This document shows positions 50,450-64,000 of a DNA stretch of 64,000 nucleotides, piece by piece (the first letter of the stretch is position 1; each line of letters starts with the position of its first letter). A program made the position numbers and the translations under genes. Source of the DNA: Blasia pusilla (Eukaryota); the NCBI GenBank assembly GCA_050084515.1, contig CM114271.1, positions 36,518,001 through 36,582,000 of the forward strand, in the 5' to 3' direction. The notes under the pieces were generated by a model. It did not search any database. It was not told where the DNA came from and saw only the letters and a list, made by a program, of their open reading frames with translations.

Positions 50450-53400
50450 AGTATAATGGAGCACGTGAACATCGTCAATAAGATACTTTGTAAGTTATCT
50501 CTTAAGATGTCAAACTAGAGTATGAGGATAATACCTTCATCTTATTAAGGGCATTGCACCTATCATGTGAGCATTTGGTCAAGGCTCTATTCTACGAAAA
50601 GGTTACAACAGAGCTTGAGTAGGTTATTGCAACCCTTTTGTCAAATGAGATGAGGAGAAATAATGAGAAGCATTGATTGTTAGAGATATGTCATTGGATA
50701 GTGACATAATAGGAAAATCAAGACCAAAAATTCATATATGGTTTTACTTAACAGAAGTTGAGAAATAGTGAGATGATATGAATGTGGTAAGATAGATCAT
50801 TTCCAGAATAAATACATAAATTAGAAAGAAGATTCAAACAAGAACATAATATAATCTTTTGATTAGGTTCTCTCATTGCCTACACTATTAAAATTGCATT
50901 CAAATTTCGAGTCCCAAGAGTTGCAAACTACCCACAATTGACTCACAATGAAGTTGCAAGCTTTCGAGTCCAACACTCGCAAAGTAGTTGCAAAGGAGAT
51001 AAATCCAACTTTTTGCAATTTTGCGAGTCGATTGTGGGATTTTGCAAGTCTACATAATCATTTTGATTATTTGCAATTGACCCAACTAACTCATAAAAGG
51101 CTAATAGAAAAGGTGGCAAATAATCATAAGGAAATTGTAAAAACTCTACAAAAAAAAAACCAAGTCCAAGTAGCGGCTTTCTTGCAATTGACCGCTACTT
51201 GGACTTGGTTTTACTAGTAGTACTAGTATACTACTACTCCTCAACCCTAGTAGTACTAGTATAGTAGACTTGAATGGGGATGTTAAGAATTTTCTTTGAT
51301 TGACTTTTGGAAATGATCAACTTTTCAGTATGTAGATTCTTGACTTTGGTTGCTCATACCATGTGTGCGCATCGGAAAGACTAGTTTTACACCTATGATT
51401 CAATTGGCACAATCCAAATCATGATGTTTTTTGTCAGAATATTAACACATGTTCGACATGTTCCCAAGTTGCGCAAGAATATAGTTTTCTAGGGCATATT
51501 AGACTCAAAAACTTGTAAGTAGGTACCAAAGGTGGGGTTATCAAGATTGCCAAAGGAACTCTTGTTGTGATAAAGAATAAGAAGGTTAGAAACCTAAATG
51601 AGCTAGTACGGAGGATTGTTATAAGTGGAGTAACTACAACATCTAATCAAGAAGGTAGATGAGTAGATCGATGTGACTCAATTAGGGCATGCTTGGTTGG
51701 GTCATATGAATGAATGTTGATTTGTTTTTTGGGGCATTGTATGTTGTTGCATTTTTTTATGACTAATCTAGAAAAGTGTAGATATAAATAATGAGGCAAA
51801 AGTTTAAAGTATTCAGGATCTTCTTCAAACAATGAAAGATCATGATGGGAAAGTAAACAAGAAGGACTTGAAAGCGCTTGAGATATGATAATAGAGAAGA
51901 GTACGACTAATATGAGCTCAATAAGTTATGCAAGGATAAAGGGATTATTAATTATTTTAGTACTTTGGGTAAAATTTTTTTCTTAACAAAGCGGATAAAT
52001 CATTAAAATCAAACATTGTCGAAGAGAGCTAGAAGTATGATAAGAACATTGGATTAGAGAAGAGATTTTGGGCAGAAGTAGTAAATATTTATATTTTGTG
52101 CTCAAGGTTGCATTTGGAAAAAGTCCGTGTCTGTTGACTCACGTCCATCTTATGGAAGGACTTGTCCATGTGGGCCCCACCTTTCCCTTATTTCTTATTC
52201 CCCCCACTTGCCTAAGTGTTCCATACATTCCCATTTCTTCCTCCCTTCACCCTCGCTTTCTCCTTCCTTATTTCCCCACTCGCCTTTGCCCTACCTTCCA
52301 TCATTAATTAAAAGTATGGGCCACACCTCTTGCAATCCATGTCTGTGGGTAGGTCCAGACTTATCCCTCCATGTCCGTTCATGTGCAACCATGTTTGCGG
52401 TAAATCTTTCACCCTACATTACTATTGAGTGCAAAAATCTTGAGGAGATATGATCTAGTAAAGTTATAGATAACTTTGTACTCAAAGTATTTAGTGTTTT
52501 ATAGATGTCCATACGTTGCGAGACCATAGATCAAAGTTGGATCCAAAATCAAGGAAATATATCTTTCTTGGATATGAGAGATTTTGAAAGGGTAATTGAT
52601 GTGGGATTTAAGTGTACATTGGATTGTTGTGAGAAGAGATAAGATTTGATGAAAATTGTGTAAGGTGTTATTTGTTGATTACGTTGATTTCCTCAATACA
52701 TACTTCAGACATTAACAGATTAAAAGTGGATGTTAGCAAAGATTTTGATAGGAAGGACCTAGCTTGCATACAAAGGCTTCTACGGATAAATGTTCATAGG
52801 GATAGGAAGCTTGAAGAAGCATATATTGTGGATGTCTAAAAGGAAGAATATTGAGAAGGTGTTGGAAACTTGGCATGGTTTGGCATGGGTGATGAAAAGT
52901 TAGTGAGCATTCCTTTGGCTTCTCATTCAAGTTCTCTACGACACAATTTCCTCCCAACACATGTACATTATCCCTTATGCAAGTGTGGTGGGAACGTTGA
53001 TGTATGCAATAGGGTATACTAGACGGCACATCTTATACATTATGAGTGTGATCAAGAAATATATGATAGACCTAGGGAAGAAGCATTAGGAGGTTGTGAA
53101 GTGGCTTCTTTAATATTTTAAGGGAGTTATGGTTTTTAGTTGGTATTATGTTTCATGAAGAACATGAGAGAAAAGAAAATATGATCGCATTTTTGGATTT
53201 TCATTTTGCTATAGACTTGGATAAGAGGATGTCCACTTCACGTTATGTGTTCATATTGGTAGGTGGTCTTGTAAGCTTGAAGTATACATCAATCCAATTT
53301 TGGTCTCCCCATTATAGAGGAAGAGTATATTGCAACTACGTAGGTAGCTAGGAGGCCATATGGCTAAACTCATTAGTGAGCTTGAATTAACTCAAGACCA

Positions 53401-53600
53401 AGTTCTATGTCATTGTGGTAGCTAAAAACCAAGTGTTTTATTCAAGAATGGAACATAATGATGTTAGTTATTACTCCGTTCATGCAGTTTAGGCTCATAG
53501 GAAAGCCTATGAATAAAAGATAGGTACATACTATAAATGCGGCCAACCTGTTAACCAAGCCCATGTTTGTGGATAAGTTTAAGCTTTGCTTAAATGTATC
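50450..53600 (+). mobile_element. Highly degraded Ty1/copia of a second family, with nested insertions
   Basis: ILDFGCSYHMC (protease, ~51335), IPYASVVGTLMYA (RT, ~52970), DLDKRMSTSRYVF (RNase H, ~53200). Boundaries approximate. Confidence 0.75.
52103..52393 (+). mobile_element. hAT-type MITE
   Basis: Termini CAAGGTTGCA...TGCAACCATG; flanks TTTGTGCT / TTTGCGGT (6/8). Confidence 0.8.
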
Positions 53601-54626
53601 ACCTCCATTCTTGATGAACTCCACACCAAGAAAGTACTTGCGCTCCTTGAAGTCTTTTAACTCAAACTTTCCATACAATTGAATTTTGATCTTATGTATC
53701 ATTTACTCGATGCTACTAGTCACAATGAAATCATTTTCTCATCTTATTCTTTTGCGTCGACGACATAGAGAGTCAGCGGGCTGTTCGGATGTAACTTTGT
53801 CTCGAGATGTCGGATGAGGTTGGCGATAGATCCGTTGGGTTGGGAACATCATTTATGACGATTTCCCTTTTTTGGTTTTAGTCCGTCAGGTGACCCGTTG
53901 ATCGAGTCAACGATCATCCGATAACTGTGCACGTAGGTTATCATTGGTAGTGTTATAAGAGTGAGAGAGATGGCTTTCTCAAGCCCTCTTTCTCATATTG
54001 AGCCTTAGGAGCGCCTCTCTTGCATAGACGTGTGTGGGTGTGTAGGGGTTAGGATGCTAGTGTCCGGATTCCCTCATAGCGGAGGATGGATGTGGTTCAA
54101 TATGCCGATGTAGATTCATGAGTGGAGTTTTAGGCTCGATGAGCCATTTTTACTACTCTTGATTTTACATGAGAAAGATGCGAGGGGTCAGGGAATTGGT
54201 TGTTTGCAGGTAGGCAAGCGAGTTTCCTTGGTGGGGAGCCCATGGAGACATGTGTGTGATGTTTGTTTGTCATTTTTATGTTCAGGAGGACGTGTGCGGA
54301 AGTGCTGTCCATTTTTCTCATATTTTGCTTGTCGTGCGCATACATATCGCTTTCGACAAACATACATACAAACACGCACGATCCCATGCTAACTCATGGC
54401 ATCCAAACAACGAGATAAGAAGTACCAAAATATCTCCAATTGCCCCCCTAGTTGGTGGTTAGGTCCCCCTAACTCCAGATAGCCATCTATCCCTACCTAC
54501 CATGACATACATCTCTTGGACGCTAAGAGCAAAAAGGTCGGGTGCTCATGTGGTCCCATCGTTAGTGGCCTTCTTGTCATCCATGTCACAGCCACAAGTC
54601 AAAATCTAGAACTACCTACTCTATGT

Positions 54627-55630
54627 ATATCTGGGACACATCCATCATCCCTCAAGAACCCTAGTGAGAGGTGGCCTTAGACATGCCATATGCCATCCTC
54701 TCGAGCATCCATCACACACTAGCATAGTGGCTGCACCATGGGCAAAACCACACAACATACACCGTAAGCCGGCAAGAACTACTGCTAAGCTCGGATCAAC
54801 TGTATCGTCAATGTTCAGAAGATGACATGACGCACAGTTACGCTCATGGTCCTTCCAAACCATACCATCGCGTCCCTCCAATAAGAAAAAACCGGATGGC
54901 AAAACCTCACGCACTCTCAAGATGGTGCGCCCTGCAGTCACATCCAAGGTCGTGGGTGCCGTTTGCTGCAAGTAGACATAGTCTCCTTGATGAAACCTCC
55001 GGATAGTAGGTTGATAAACACCTCCCCGAATAATCGCATACCTCAATGTATCCCGATGCTGCGCAATCGCCAAGTTCTCAAATGCCATGGGCATCACTCT
55101 CTAAAACAACTCACCCCTCTAAGAACATGCTCGCATCCATACATCAGGGTCATCAAGGTTCAATACCTCACCAACTTCTCGATGAATGGCCATAGGTAAA
55201 TCTGGCTCTCGGCCATAAAGTAGTAAGTACGATGAGAAAGACGCTAAGGATGCTTGCATGCTGAATCTGTATCCCATCGCCAACCACGGCAAGTGGAGGT
55301 CCCAATCTCCTAGGTGACCTCTCTGCAATCCATACTTGCACAATCCTCTCTTCACCGTTTGCACAACCCGCTCCGCTAGTCCATCCGCCTCAAGATGATC
55401 TCGCGAAGAAGTGCGGTAGTCGATCAACGCCTAATCGCACAAGGCCTGAAACTCCCCGCAAAACTCTATACGCTGGTATGTCAACACTTCAACTGGTGCA
55501 CCGTAATGACTCGACACTTGATCTAGGAAGGCATACGCTATTCCCTCACTCGCTTTGTCAGGAAATGCAACCAACTCACTTTGAGAAGTACTCGACCATA
55601 ACCAACACATAACGACTTTGACCAAGTGTA
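54627..55630 (-). pseudogene. Ty3/gypsy integrase core and C-terminus fused to a PHD finger
   Basis: Integrase: RYVLVMVEYFS, HYGAPVEVLT, ADGLAERVVQTVKRGL, WDLHLPW, LLYGREP, GDYVYL. PHD: CMLC...CDGC...WHMAC...EG*WMCPRY (C4HC3 with a stop and final C>Y). Confidence 0.88.
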
Positions 55631-56499
55631 CTCCATTCAGTTATAGTTGGCAACTCATGTAGTCAATTTATTTTATTGAAATGTTGGTATGGACTCATGT
55701 AGTCATGTACTATGACTAGAAGAGTAGAGTTACATGACTACTATAAAAGCATACACAATGAGTTTAGTCACGAAGATATGACTATGTGAGTAGCGGAAAT
55801 TATGTAGTCATTGCAACAGAACTGCATGAGTCATACAATTATGACTAGAGAGAACTTGAAGCTTACTACTTTAGTTTTTGAACCGTACTGTGCTAGTTAT
55901 ATTGATATGACTAGTGGGAATATAAATTTTGGATATTTTGGAATGTTTATTATGCCTTTTGAACGTGCAAGAATTAATGGATCTGAATTATTGAAACCCT
56001 CTTTTCCATTTATATGGTGAACACTTAAGCGTTCACCTTAACACATAGTATAATTTTGAAAAAAGCGCACATAACTAAAACAACATCATATATCCAGAAA
56101 CATGTCAACTCAACTATATAGAAGTAGCACATGAGCACTAAGTTGTTACATTGAGTAGTGGCATCTTGATGTAATCAAGAAACTACATGAATTTTCTCTG
56201 AGTTTAGAAAGAGATGTAATAAGAATATCTTGCTACAAACGAAACATACACAAGCAATTAACCAAGCAAATAATGAAAACCTACTCTTGAAACAGATTTT
56301 GAGGGGTGGAATGTCACTAAAGAGTAGCTTCCATACACCAAATTACAAAATGAATCATTATTACATGGGGTTATAATCCAAATAGATAAAAAAAATAAAG
56401 ATCAAATATAGTAGGGTTTATGATCTCATCTTGAAAGAGCAAGAGAGATTATGTCATCCATGAAAATAAAGTTATTGCACCTTAGATAGTTGGGTGCCA

Positions 56500-59400
56500 A
56501 AAGAAAAGACTACTCTACTGAATCACCTTTCTCATATGCATCTCTGGCCAGAGCATGCTTGAGCCAAGAGCATCACCAAATGTTTCTTGTGCAGGTTCGT
56601 CTATCAAATTCAGCATCCACAAAGCATGTTCTGGTTCGAACACCTCGTTTAGATCAACCCTCACCATGCCTAAGGGGATGTCTTTGGCATGGAACTTGTC
56701 TCTTCCACCAAAAGCTGATATAACTCTTGACCCAAGCACCATCCTACTCAACAATTACATATTACTCACCAATTACATTCGTGAGTAATATGTAATTGGT
56801 GATCACATATTACTCACGAATGAGTAATATGTGATCACCAATTCGTAGCTAAAAAAATACACAGGCATTTAGTTAGTATCAATTCAAATTCTTTCCACAT
56901 ACATTTGCACCATTAATCTGAAAATAAAAAATTGCTAGGATATACCTGTTTGAAAGACCATCCCCATTTCGGAAGATGATGCAAAAAGTTCACAAGTCCT
57001 AGACGACCATTTGACTGTCCACAACAAGAAATATCAGTGTCATCATATAAACCTTGAATAGAAGAGGCCATTATAGATGAGATAAATTACCTTAGTTATT
57101 TTCTTAGACGAGCCTGATCTGATTTCACTTTCCTGCTCATTCAAACCATCACATTGTAGCCTAGACTTGTGTCTTTTGGCTGGTGATGATTTGGCTTGGC
57201 TATCCATACTCACGTTTTCTGCACATTATGCACGACAAAGTCCATTGAACGTTGTAGGAAGAAATGAGTATTGTTCTGTGGATAGGTTGAAAACTACGCC
57301 ACAGATAAATTCATTATGCCATGGATGATATACTTACAAGTGATTCGAGTATCATCATCTACACTTTATGTGGAACTTCTCCTTTTGTTGCTCGGTTCTG
57401 GCACTTCTACAAACAACCCAAGTATTGAGAAATGAATTGTAAAACCAGATTCTTCACTTCAACAAGTAATTATATTATAAGACCCTACATCTAGTGAAGC
57501 TAAACTCTCTACTTACCACCAGATTATGTAGTTGCCATTGCCTCTTTTTGTGTGGAGATCTTCCTCTTCCCTAATTGTCCGGCTGTAGACGTTGGTATAG
57601 GTTCAACAGTGATTGTAAGTTACTCAAAACAAAGAAAGTCAATTGTGAAATACTCATGATGGAAAGGACAAGTAGTTATAACCATTGAAAATCGAGGGCG
57701 GAAGAATGAGAACGGGCTACCTTATGTGAGCTTCTCATCCGTTGTTGCATATGGTTGAGAATTGGATGGCGGGGAACTAGAAATCTAGTGTGGTGTTGAA
57801 GACACATCCTTTGAAGTAAGTTTGGACACCATTTCCATGAGTACACTTAATGCTTTGTTATGCCGTTCCATCTACAACTTCACATCATCCAAATCTACGC
57901 TCCACTTCTTTTCCACTTCTTCCAATTGAATAGTGACTCTAGATTCCACACTCTGCATATATAATCCAACAATCAATTAGGTACCAAAAAACAATGGTTT
58001 TGAAATTACACACTCAGATACAACCATGATACTAACACCATAATTCAACCTGATTAAGGATATGATAGTAACTCCATGACCCAATCAGATGAAGGTCATA
58101 ATACTAGCCATGTCAAGCCAATGGGTAAGAAAAGAGTTATGCATTTACATTTACCGATGAACTCAATTGTGTGAAACGTAGTTGCTTAGGCAACTCGTTT
58201 CTCTCCATACATTCTAGCCCCATGCCCAAGGACTCCTTTGAGGTACGTTGTTGCATCTGCACATGCTCCTTAAATACATAAATTATGAAATTCATGCATG
58301 CGAAAGGATTCAATGCAAATATGGAAATGAAGCAATAATGGAAGTTTTCTACCATTATATAACTTTAGCAAGAAAACTAGGGAATGCCAAGATGACCTAC
58401 ATCAAGTCCATCTAAACCTGCAGGGTCGGAGAAATTTAAAGTCTAGAGCTTGGCCCTTGCTCGAGCCATCTTTTCTGCCTTCATTTTGCCCTCCTCGGAG
58501 ATCAAATAATCTACTAATCTATTCCATGACTCCTCATTGGTATCAGTGTGACACGGGACTGTGCGATGAGCCCCATGTAATGTCCAATAGTTCTTGACAT
58601 TGGATCGCTCAGTTTTCAATAGTTGTGCTATTTTTTTCTTCATGAAATCAAGCAAAAGAGATTATGCATCCACATATGTGTATGCCTCAAGGATATGATT
58701 CTGAACAGCAGCCATGCTGATAGAATTCTGTTTACTAATCTCAATGCATGATAAGTCCAAGTACCTCATCACCCATACCTTTAATTCATTTAGCCAAGGC
58801 TCATAACTTGGAACTCTAGGAGACGGAATACCATTTGGCATGAGCGCACATCTAGGTTTTAAGTTCTGCTCCTTTCGAATGGAGACATCACGAGTCCACA
58901 AATCACGCTTTGTGCGACTCTGCCATTCTCCTATAAATATACCACCATCCCAATTCTTAGATGTCAAAAATGTAGGGCCGACTATTACAAACTCACCAAA
59001 TCATAATTATGTTGAACTATATTAACTATAAGACCAACTTATACTAATAACAGTTTCACACCTTTCATAATACAACAACCTATTCAATATAAATTTGCAA
59101 ACTCGGAGAGAAGTTACCTTTAGATGCACCTGCTTGCGCGGTCAAATTTTCTGATGAGCTTGGTGTTGCGTAAGATTGAGACCTACTACGGTATAATTTG
59201 ACGTCCGTATTCCCGTTGGCCAATGGAAGTGCCAACGATGTTGGGGGCGGCGGTTGGGATGGCCCATGTCCGTTGTGTCTGCAAAAGAAGTACAATTAGC
59301 TAGTTAGACTTCCAATTAATTGAATTCCCGTGTGCAAAACAAGAAAGGGCAGAATAGTAAGCCTACTTACCCAAGGGGATGGGATGGTCATAGATGATTG

Positions 59401-60470
59401 AGCTCCATTGGTCCATGGTGGCTGAATTGACTTCCATAACCCATCGGTGATTGCATCATCATAGATACCCACCACAACATTTGGCTTTGTGCCCATGGGG
59501 GTGGAGGAGGAGGATATGCTTGCAAAGGCATTACGGGTTGTGATGGAGTTCCATCCATGGGTTGCACATGTAAGTAAATTTGTTCGTAAACTAAACTAGA
59601 GACCATTTGATGAATAAAGATTAGTGAAGTCATAATGACACGCTTCTACCACTCAATTTATTACATACCAATCATACATATAGAGATAGTTGAATATTCC
59701 TCCATGTCTACAATTACATTACCGCATCGTTTGTATTGGTGGAATTTCGTACATTTCCCTGTTTGGATGGTTTGACAGGACGCTCCTTTGCTTGAGGCTA
59801 TTCAAAACAGACATCTCATTGTGAGTTAACACAGTATTCATAATTCTAAAATCTGAAGAGAGTAGAAAAAAAACAAGATGTAAAGAGAAAGTACCCTCCT
59901 ATCCTCCAGCCACAAGTCGTCATCCTCTTCAGCCCCAAAGAAGCCCGTCTCAAGGAGTGGATTATAATAGGAGTCTTTGGAATCACTATCTGAACAATCT
60001 TGTCGAGTCTCCTCAGGGATTACACTTTGGTTAGTGGCCTTCTCCTCCAATCGTAAGCTGCGTCTTTGTGGAAAAGAAGGATTCCAAAATGGCAAAGGCT
60101 TGCGCTCCTTCACAACCCTCGGAGCAACAAACCTTCAAAATATGATCACACAAATTGTGTCATATTTCCTAATTTACAACCACTATATGAACATGATACA
60201 TGACCAAATAAAGCAAAAAAAAAAGGTTATCCAAGATCATACTTACCAATCCTTTAACCCACCAAACAACTCCACCTCTTTGGCCTTTCTCTCTCTCACT
60301 CTCCGATTCCTTTCTTCTTCGTATGGATTAGGACTTTGTTGAACATTATCTATACCATCCCAAGATGAACTCTGATGGGATTCCACATTCTCATCAGTCA
60401 TATCAGGTACACCGTTCCAAGCGCCTCCCTCCCTCTGTAGACAACAAGTTAGCAAGAATAACACCTAACT
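56500..60470 (-). pseudogene. Possible second CACTA gene (TnpA-like), many short exons
   Basis: Short minus-strand coding-like blocks (NPYEEERNRRVRE; RRSLRL; ESWNRLVDYLISEEGKMKAEKMARAR) separated by AT-rich intron-like gaps, downstream of TnpD. Confidence 0.45.
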
Positions 60471-60870
60471 TGATGGCAATTTGAGAGTTCTACTTGTTGC
60501 CGTAGAGTTTCATCCATTACGCCCAACAACACCAGAATTCACTTACATCCTTGTAATAGAAATCAATTATTTGAATCATACCAAAAAAAACACAATGGTG
60601 AGTACCAAAGATACAACTATGAATTAATCTAATTTGATTCTGAGTTATAAGAGTGTGAATCAACGTCTTCTATCATATCGCATACATGGATTATTGGCAC
60701 ATGCTGCACATCCACCCTAGCAGCTTCCATTTATGCATCACTTAGGACTCTAGCTCTAAGGTACTTGCATCTGGTAGATTCCCTGGTTCCATGCATGTGG
60801 CATGGAAGGTGGGCAAAGCATTACAAGCTCCATCTAGTGACTCTAAGTCATCAAAATAAACTCTTTGAGC

Positions 60871-63800
60871 TCAAGCTTCCTTCCTCATTACCACTTTCCA
60901 TCCTCCACCCTCATCGGCATCTCCATAAAACACTTGTTGCACTTGTGATGGGAAAACAACTGGCTGGTGATCTAATGGCTCGCATGACCTCAAGTTGGCC
61001 AACAGAAAACCCTCCTTATTTAATTTCATGGACCCTACTCTCGAATCCCAATGTGCTTTAACCCACCGCCCTTGCATTAGTATTATGGGTTGTTCTACAA
61101 TCCCATAATCAAGTAAGAGAATATCAACCAACACCCCAACATATGAGTATAAACAATTATAGTTGGAACTTTTTTCATCAACAAATATTGCACCTATTCC
61201 ACTATCATAAGTGGAGAAGGGTGTTGCACCACTTGGCCCTTCTACCCTGAAGTGGTTTCTGTAGGCTTTCATACTCTTGAATGACAAAACCCTACTATTA
61301 GGAGGTATAGATAATGATAGTAGGTGAGCATCAGGATCTTTTGAGTTGTCAATTGCATCCTGTGTAATGGCAAGGCGAATCCACTTTTCAAAAGGAATGT
61401 CTCTCGAACATGACTGATATTTCGTGTTCAATAACAATGTTAATGGTATTAGTACATTATTTTGTATTTAATGTGTCAATACCAAAATAATATACACTTT
61501 GAGAGTCCGAACCGTAATTAACATAACTATAACCTTGAAAAGCATATATTGGAGAGTTTTACTTTTTCCAATCAACCATGACCTCTGTATTATGCAAAAC
61601 ATAATGATGTGCTAAGTTGATCATTTCTCTCAAAAGTTGAATTGGAGTGCCCGCACCTTCTAGCTCCTCACCAGCGACCCCCTCTTCCTCCCCATCATCC
61701 CACACTCGCGTCCGCACGTCTTCAAACCTTTTCATATACTCTGTCACAAACCCTAATGCCTCGTCCTTCACATACCCTTCTGCCATACACCCCTCTGGCC
61801 TAGCTTTAGACCGTACATATTTCTTCATGTACCCCATATACCACTCCATTAGATACATCCACCGCTCCATTGGATACATCCATCAACATGCTACTGGCCC
61901 ACACATGTCCAATTCTTCTACGACATGAATGAACAAATGTGTCATCACGTTGAAGAAAGATGGAGGGAAATGCATTTCAAAGAGACAAAGGGTTATGGCA
62001 GTCTCTTCCAAGAGTTTGTTGAATAAAGCTGGATCATATACCTTTGTACACACCATTCTAAAAATTCCAGATAATCTAATAACCACCATTCTCACATAGT
62101 CCTTCAGAAGACCACGAATGCAATAAGGAAGGACTTGCTGAATGAAGACATGCTAATCATGTGATTTCATATTGCCCAATTTTTTATTAACCACATGCTT
62201 GGAGAGTTCTCCACAATATCCAGATGGCACCTTCAAGTTTTGAATCCTCGAAAGGAAAGTGTTCAAGTCATGGGGAGAAAGAAAATAATCGGAAACTGGT
62301 TTAAGCAAAACTTGGGGTTTACTAGGATGGGATTGCAACCACAAATGGGATCGAATCCCACAGGCCTCCAAATCTCTCCTTACTTTCATAGTATCTTCAC
62401 TCCAAATAAGGTCTTGACTAGATTCTCAACGATATTCTTCTCAACGTGCATTACATCTAACATATGACGTATAAGCAAATTCTGATTGTATCGTCAAGGA
62501 AGCATGGACATCTCACAACTTGAACATAGTAGCTAATATCCACAATCAAATCAAACAAAAGCTATCCTCCTCTATAGCCACTATTTCATAACATAAAGAA
62601 TAGATAATATAGAGAGGAAGCAGGATACTGGCCAGTAAGGAAACGAATATAGTATACTCAGCCTTTTCACCCCAGTTCTCTTGTAGGGATCAGTAGGGCT
62701 GTCTTCTCGACCCCCACTCTCATCATATGTATGTTTTTCATTTGCCCATCCAATAATCTCTCCGAAAAGTAGTCTAGGCACGCGTGGTCTAAGTTCTGCA
62801 CTCCCGTTGAAATGAGATCCATACCTACGGGTCCTCCATGGATGGCTCAATGGGAGATATCGACGATGACAACCGTATATGGGCTTGCCAAAAGACTTTG
62901 AAAAATCAGAATCCACTCGAGGCCCGCATATAGGACATCCTAGTTTTCCACCGTGGCTCTGCCCAACTACAGTTCTGTATGCCGGGTCATCATTTATGGT
63001 CCATAGTAAGGTAGCCCTGAACATGAAGTTCCAACTTACGCCTACCTTCTGAACGTCATGAAATTGAACCCCTTTCCACATTTCTTGGAACTCTTCCACT
63101 GGAGGAAGCAAGTATGTGTCTATGTTTTTCCCATTTACACTCTCCTTTCCTGGTATGATCCAAGAGAGCATCACAAAGAATTTTTTTGGCTGGAGCCAGT
63201 AAGGCAAGTTATAATTAACAAGAAGCACGGGCCATGTTGACCACAAACTCGACTTGTCTGAAAATGGATCCACTCCGTCCAAAGCTAGTCCAAACCTGAA
63301 ATTCCTCTTCTCCTCGGCAAAGTCTGGATATAAGTTGTCCATGTGGCGCCATGCCTTGCAATCAGCTGTATGCCTTACTAAGCCATCCTTGCTCTGATTC
63401 AAGGGGGCCCAGGTTAACAATTCAGACAACGTCCTGCATCTAAACATACGTCTCATCCGAGGTATGATAGGAAAATGCCTTAATACCTTACATGGTACCA
63501 ACGTTCTACCCACTTTCCGGAACCTTGGTTTCCCACATAATGGACAGATCTCAGCTTCATCCAAATCACCCCAGAGTAAAACACATCCAGCCAAACACGC
63601 ATGGATACTGTTGTAACCTAAGCCTAGTTTACCAATGAGTTTTTTTGCTACATAATAACTCGGTGGCGCCATGTTCCCTGTTGGTAGGACCAACTTACAA
63701 AGGAGTTTCAAAAATTCGTCAATAGCTACATTTGGGACGCCATGGGTGGTTTGAATGTTGAATAGTAACATGAAAAAAGCTAAAACATATGTTTTTGCTG

Positions 63801-63987
63801 TAGGGAACAAGGGTTTAGGGTAGAGGAGCTTGCAAGCTTCAGCAAGCTCCTCATATTCATCTCCATGATTGAATAGTGGTTCTTTGTTTGATATTCCCGG
63901 TTCAGGTAATTCATCAGATGGGAGAGATGTCTCTTCAGTCTCATCCTCATGTATATGGTCGTATTTCTGGAAAATATCATTGAGCAT
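60871..63987 (-). pseudogene. CACTA TnpD-like transposase (Transposase_21 core plus DUF4218/DUF4216-like regions), intron-containing, with stops
   Basis: IHACLAGCVL..CPLCG, LRHFPIIPR, FGLALDGVDPF, WSTWPV, NMKSHD, FPPSFFNVMTHL, WMYLMEWYMG..K.YVRSKARPEGCMAEGY, PVVFPSQVQQVFY. Confidence 0.92.
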
Positions 63988-64000
63988 TTTATGAACGTCA

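Larger units (their letters stand above)
55640..64000 (-). mobile_element. CACTA (En/Spm) DNA transposon, continuing off the right edge
   Basis: TnpD-type transposase at 60871-63987, downstream exon-like blocks, and a cluster of subterminal-type repeats (ATGTAGTCA / ATGACTA, both orientations) at ~55650-55915. No literal CACTA terminus found. Confidence 0.85.

Noticed and set aside
53740-54360. 3' LTR of the INT-PHD element
   Set aside because: Position and composition fit, but no second copy, clear TG...CA pair or TSD could be established.

Overview
Eukaryotic nuclear DNA, probably from a moss (inferred from the repeat landscape, gene structure and a bryophyte-type plastid trnR-CCG fragment). 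One host gene, an 8-coding-exon PB1-domain Raf-like (B4-type) kinase (38544-45284, +), lies in a CpG-retaining island (~33.7-48.2 kb) surrounded by nested, decayed transposons: a TSD-flanked Ty1/copia with an older sibling, several Ty3/gypsy remnants, a 5'-truncated LINE, an hAT-type MITE family and a CACTA element. Best finding: the LTR-retrotransposon polyprotein at 1-2177 (-) reads zinc knuckle, aspartic protease, then a C5 DNA cytosine methyltransferase domain (motifs I, II, IV, V, VI seen by reading through two TAG stops). A separate gypsy fragment (54627-55630) has an integrase fused to a PHD finger. Together they suggest a retroelement lineage carrying its own chromatin writer and reader, but the link is inferred. 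The copia has an odd 5' end: a long LTR-leader inverted repeat, a flipped LTR terminus and no canonical PBS. All alignments and counts were done by eye.
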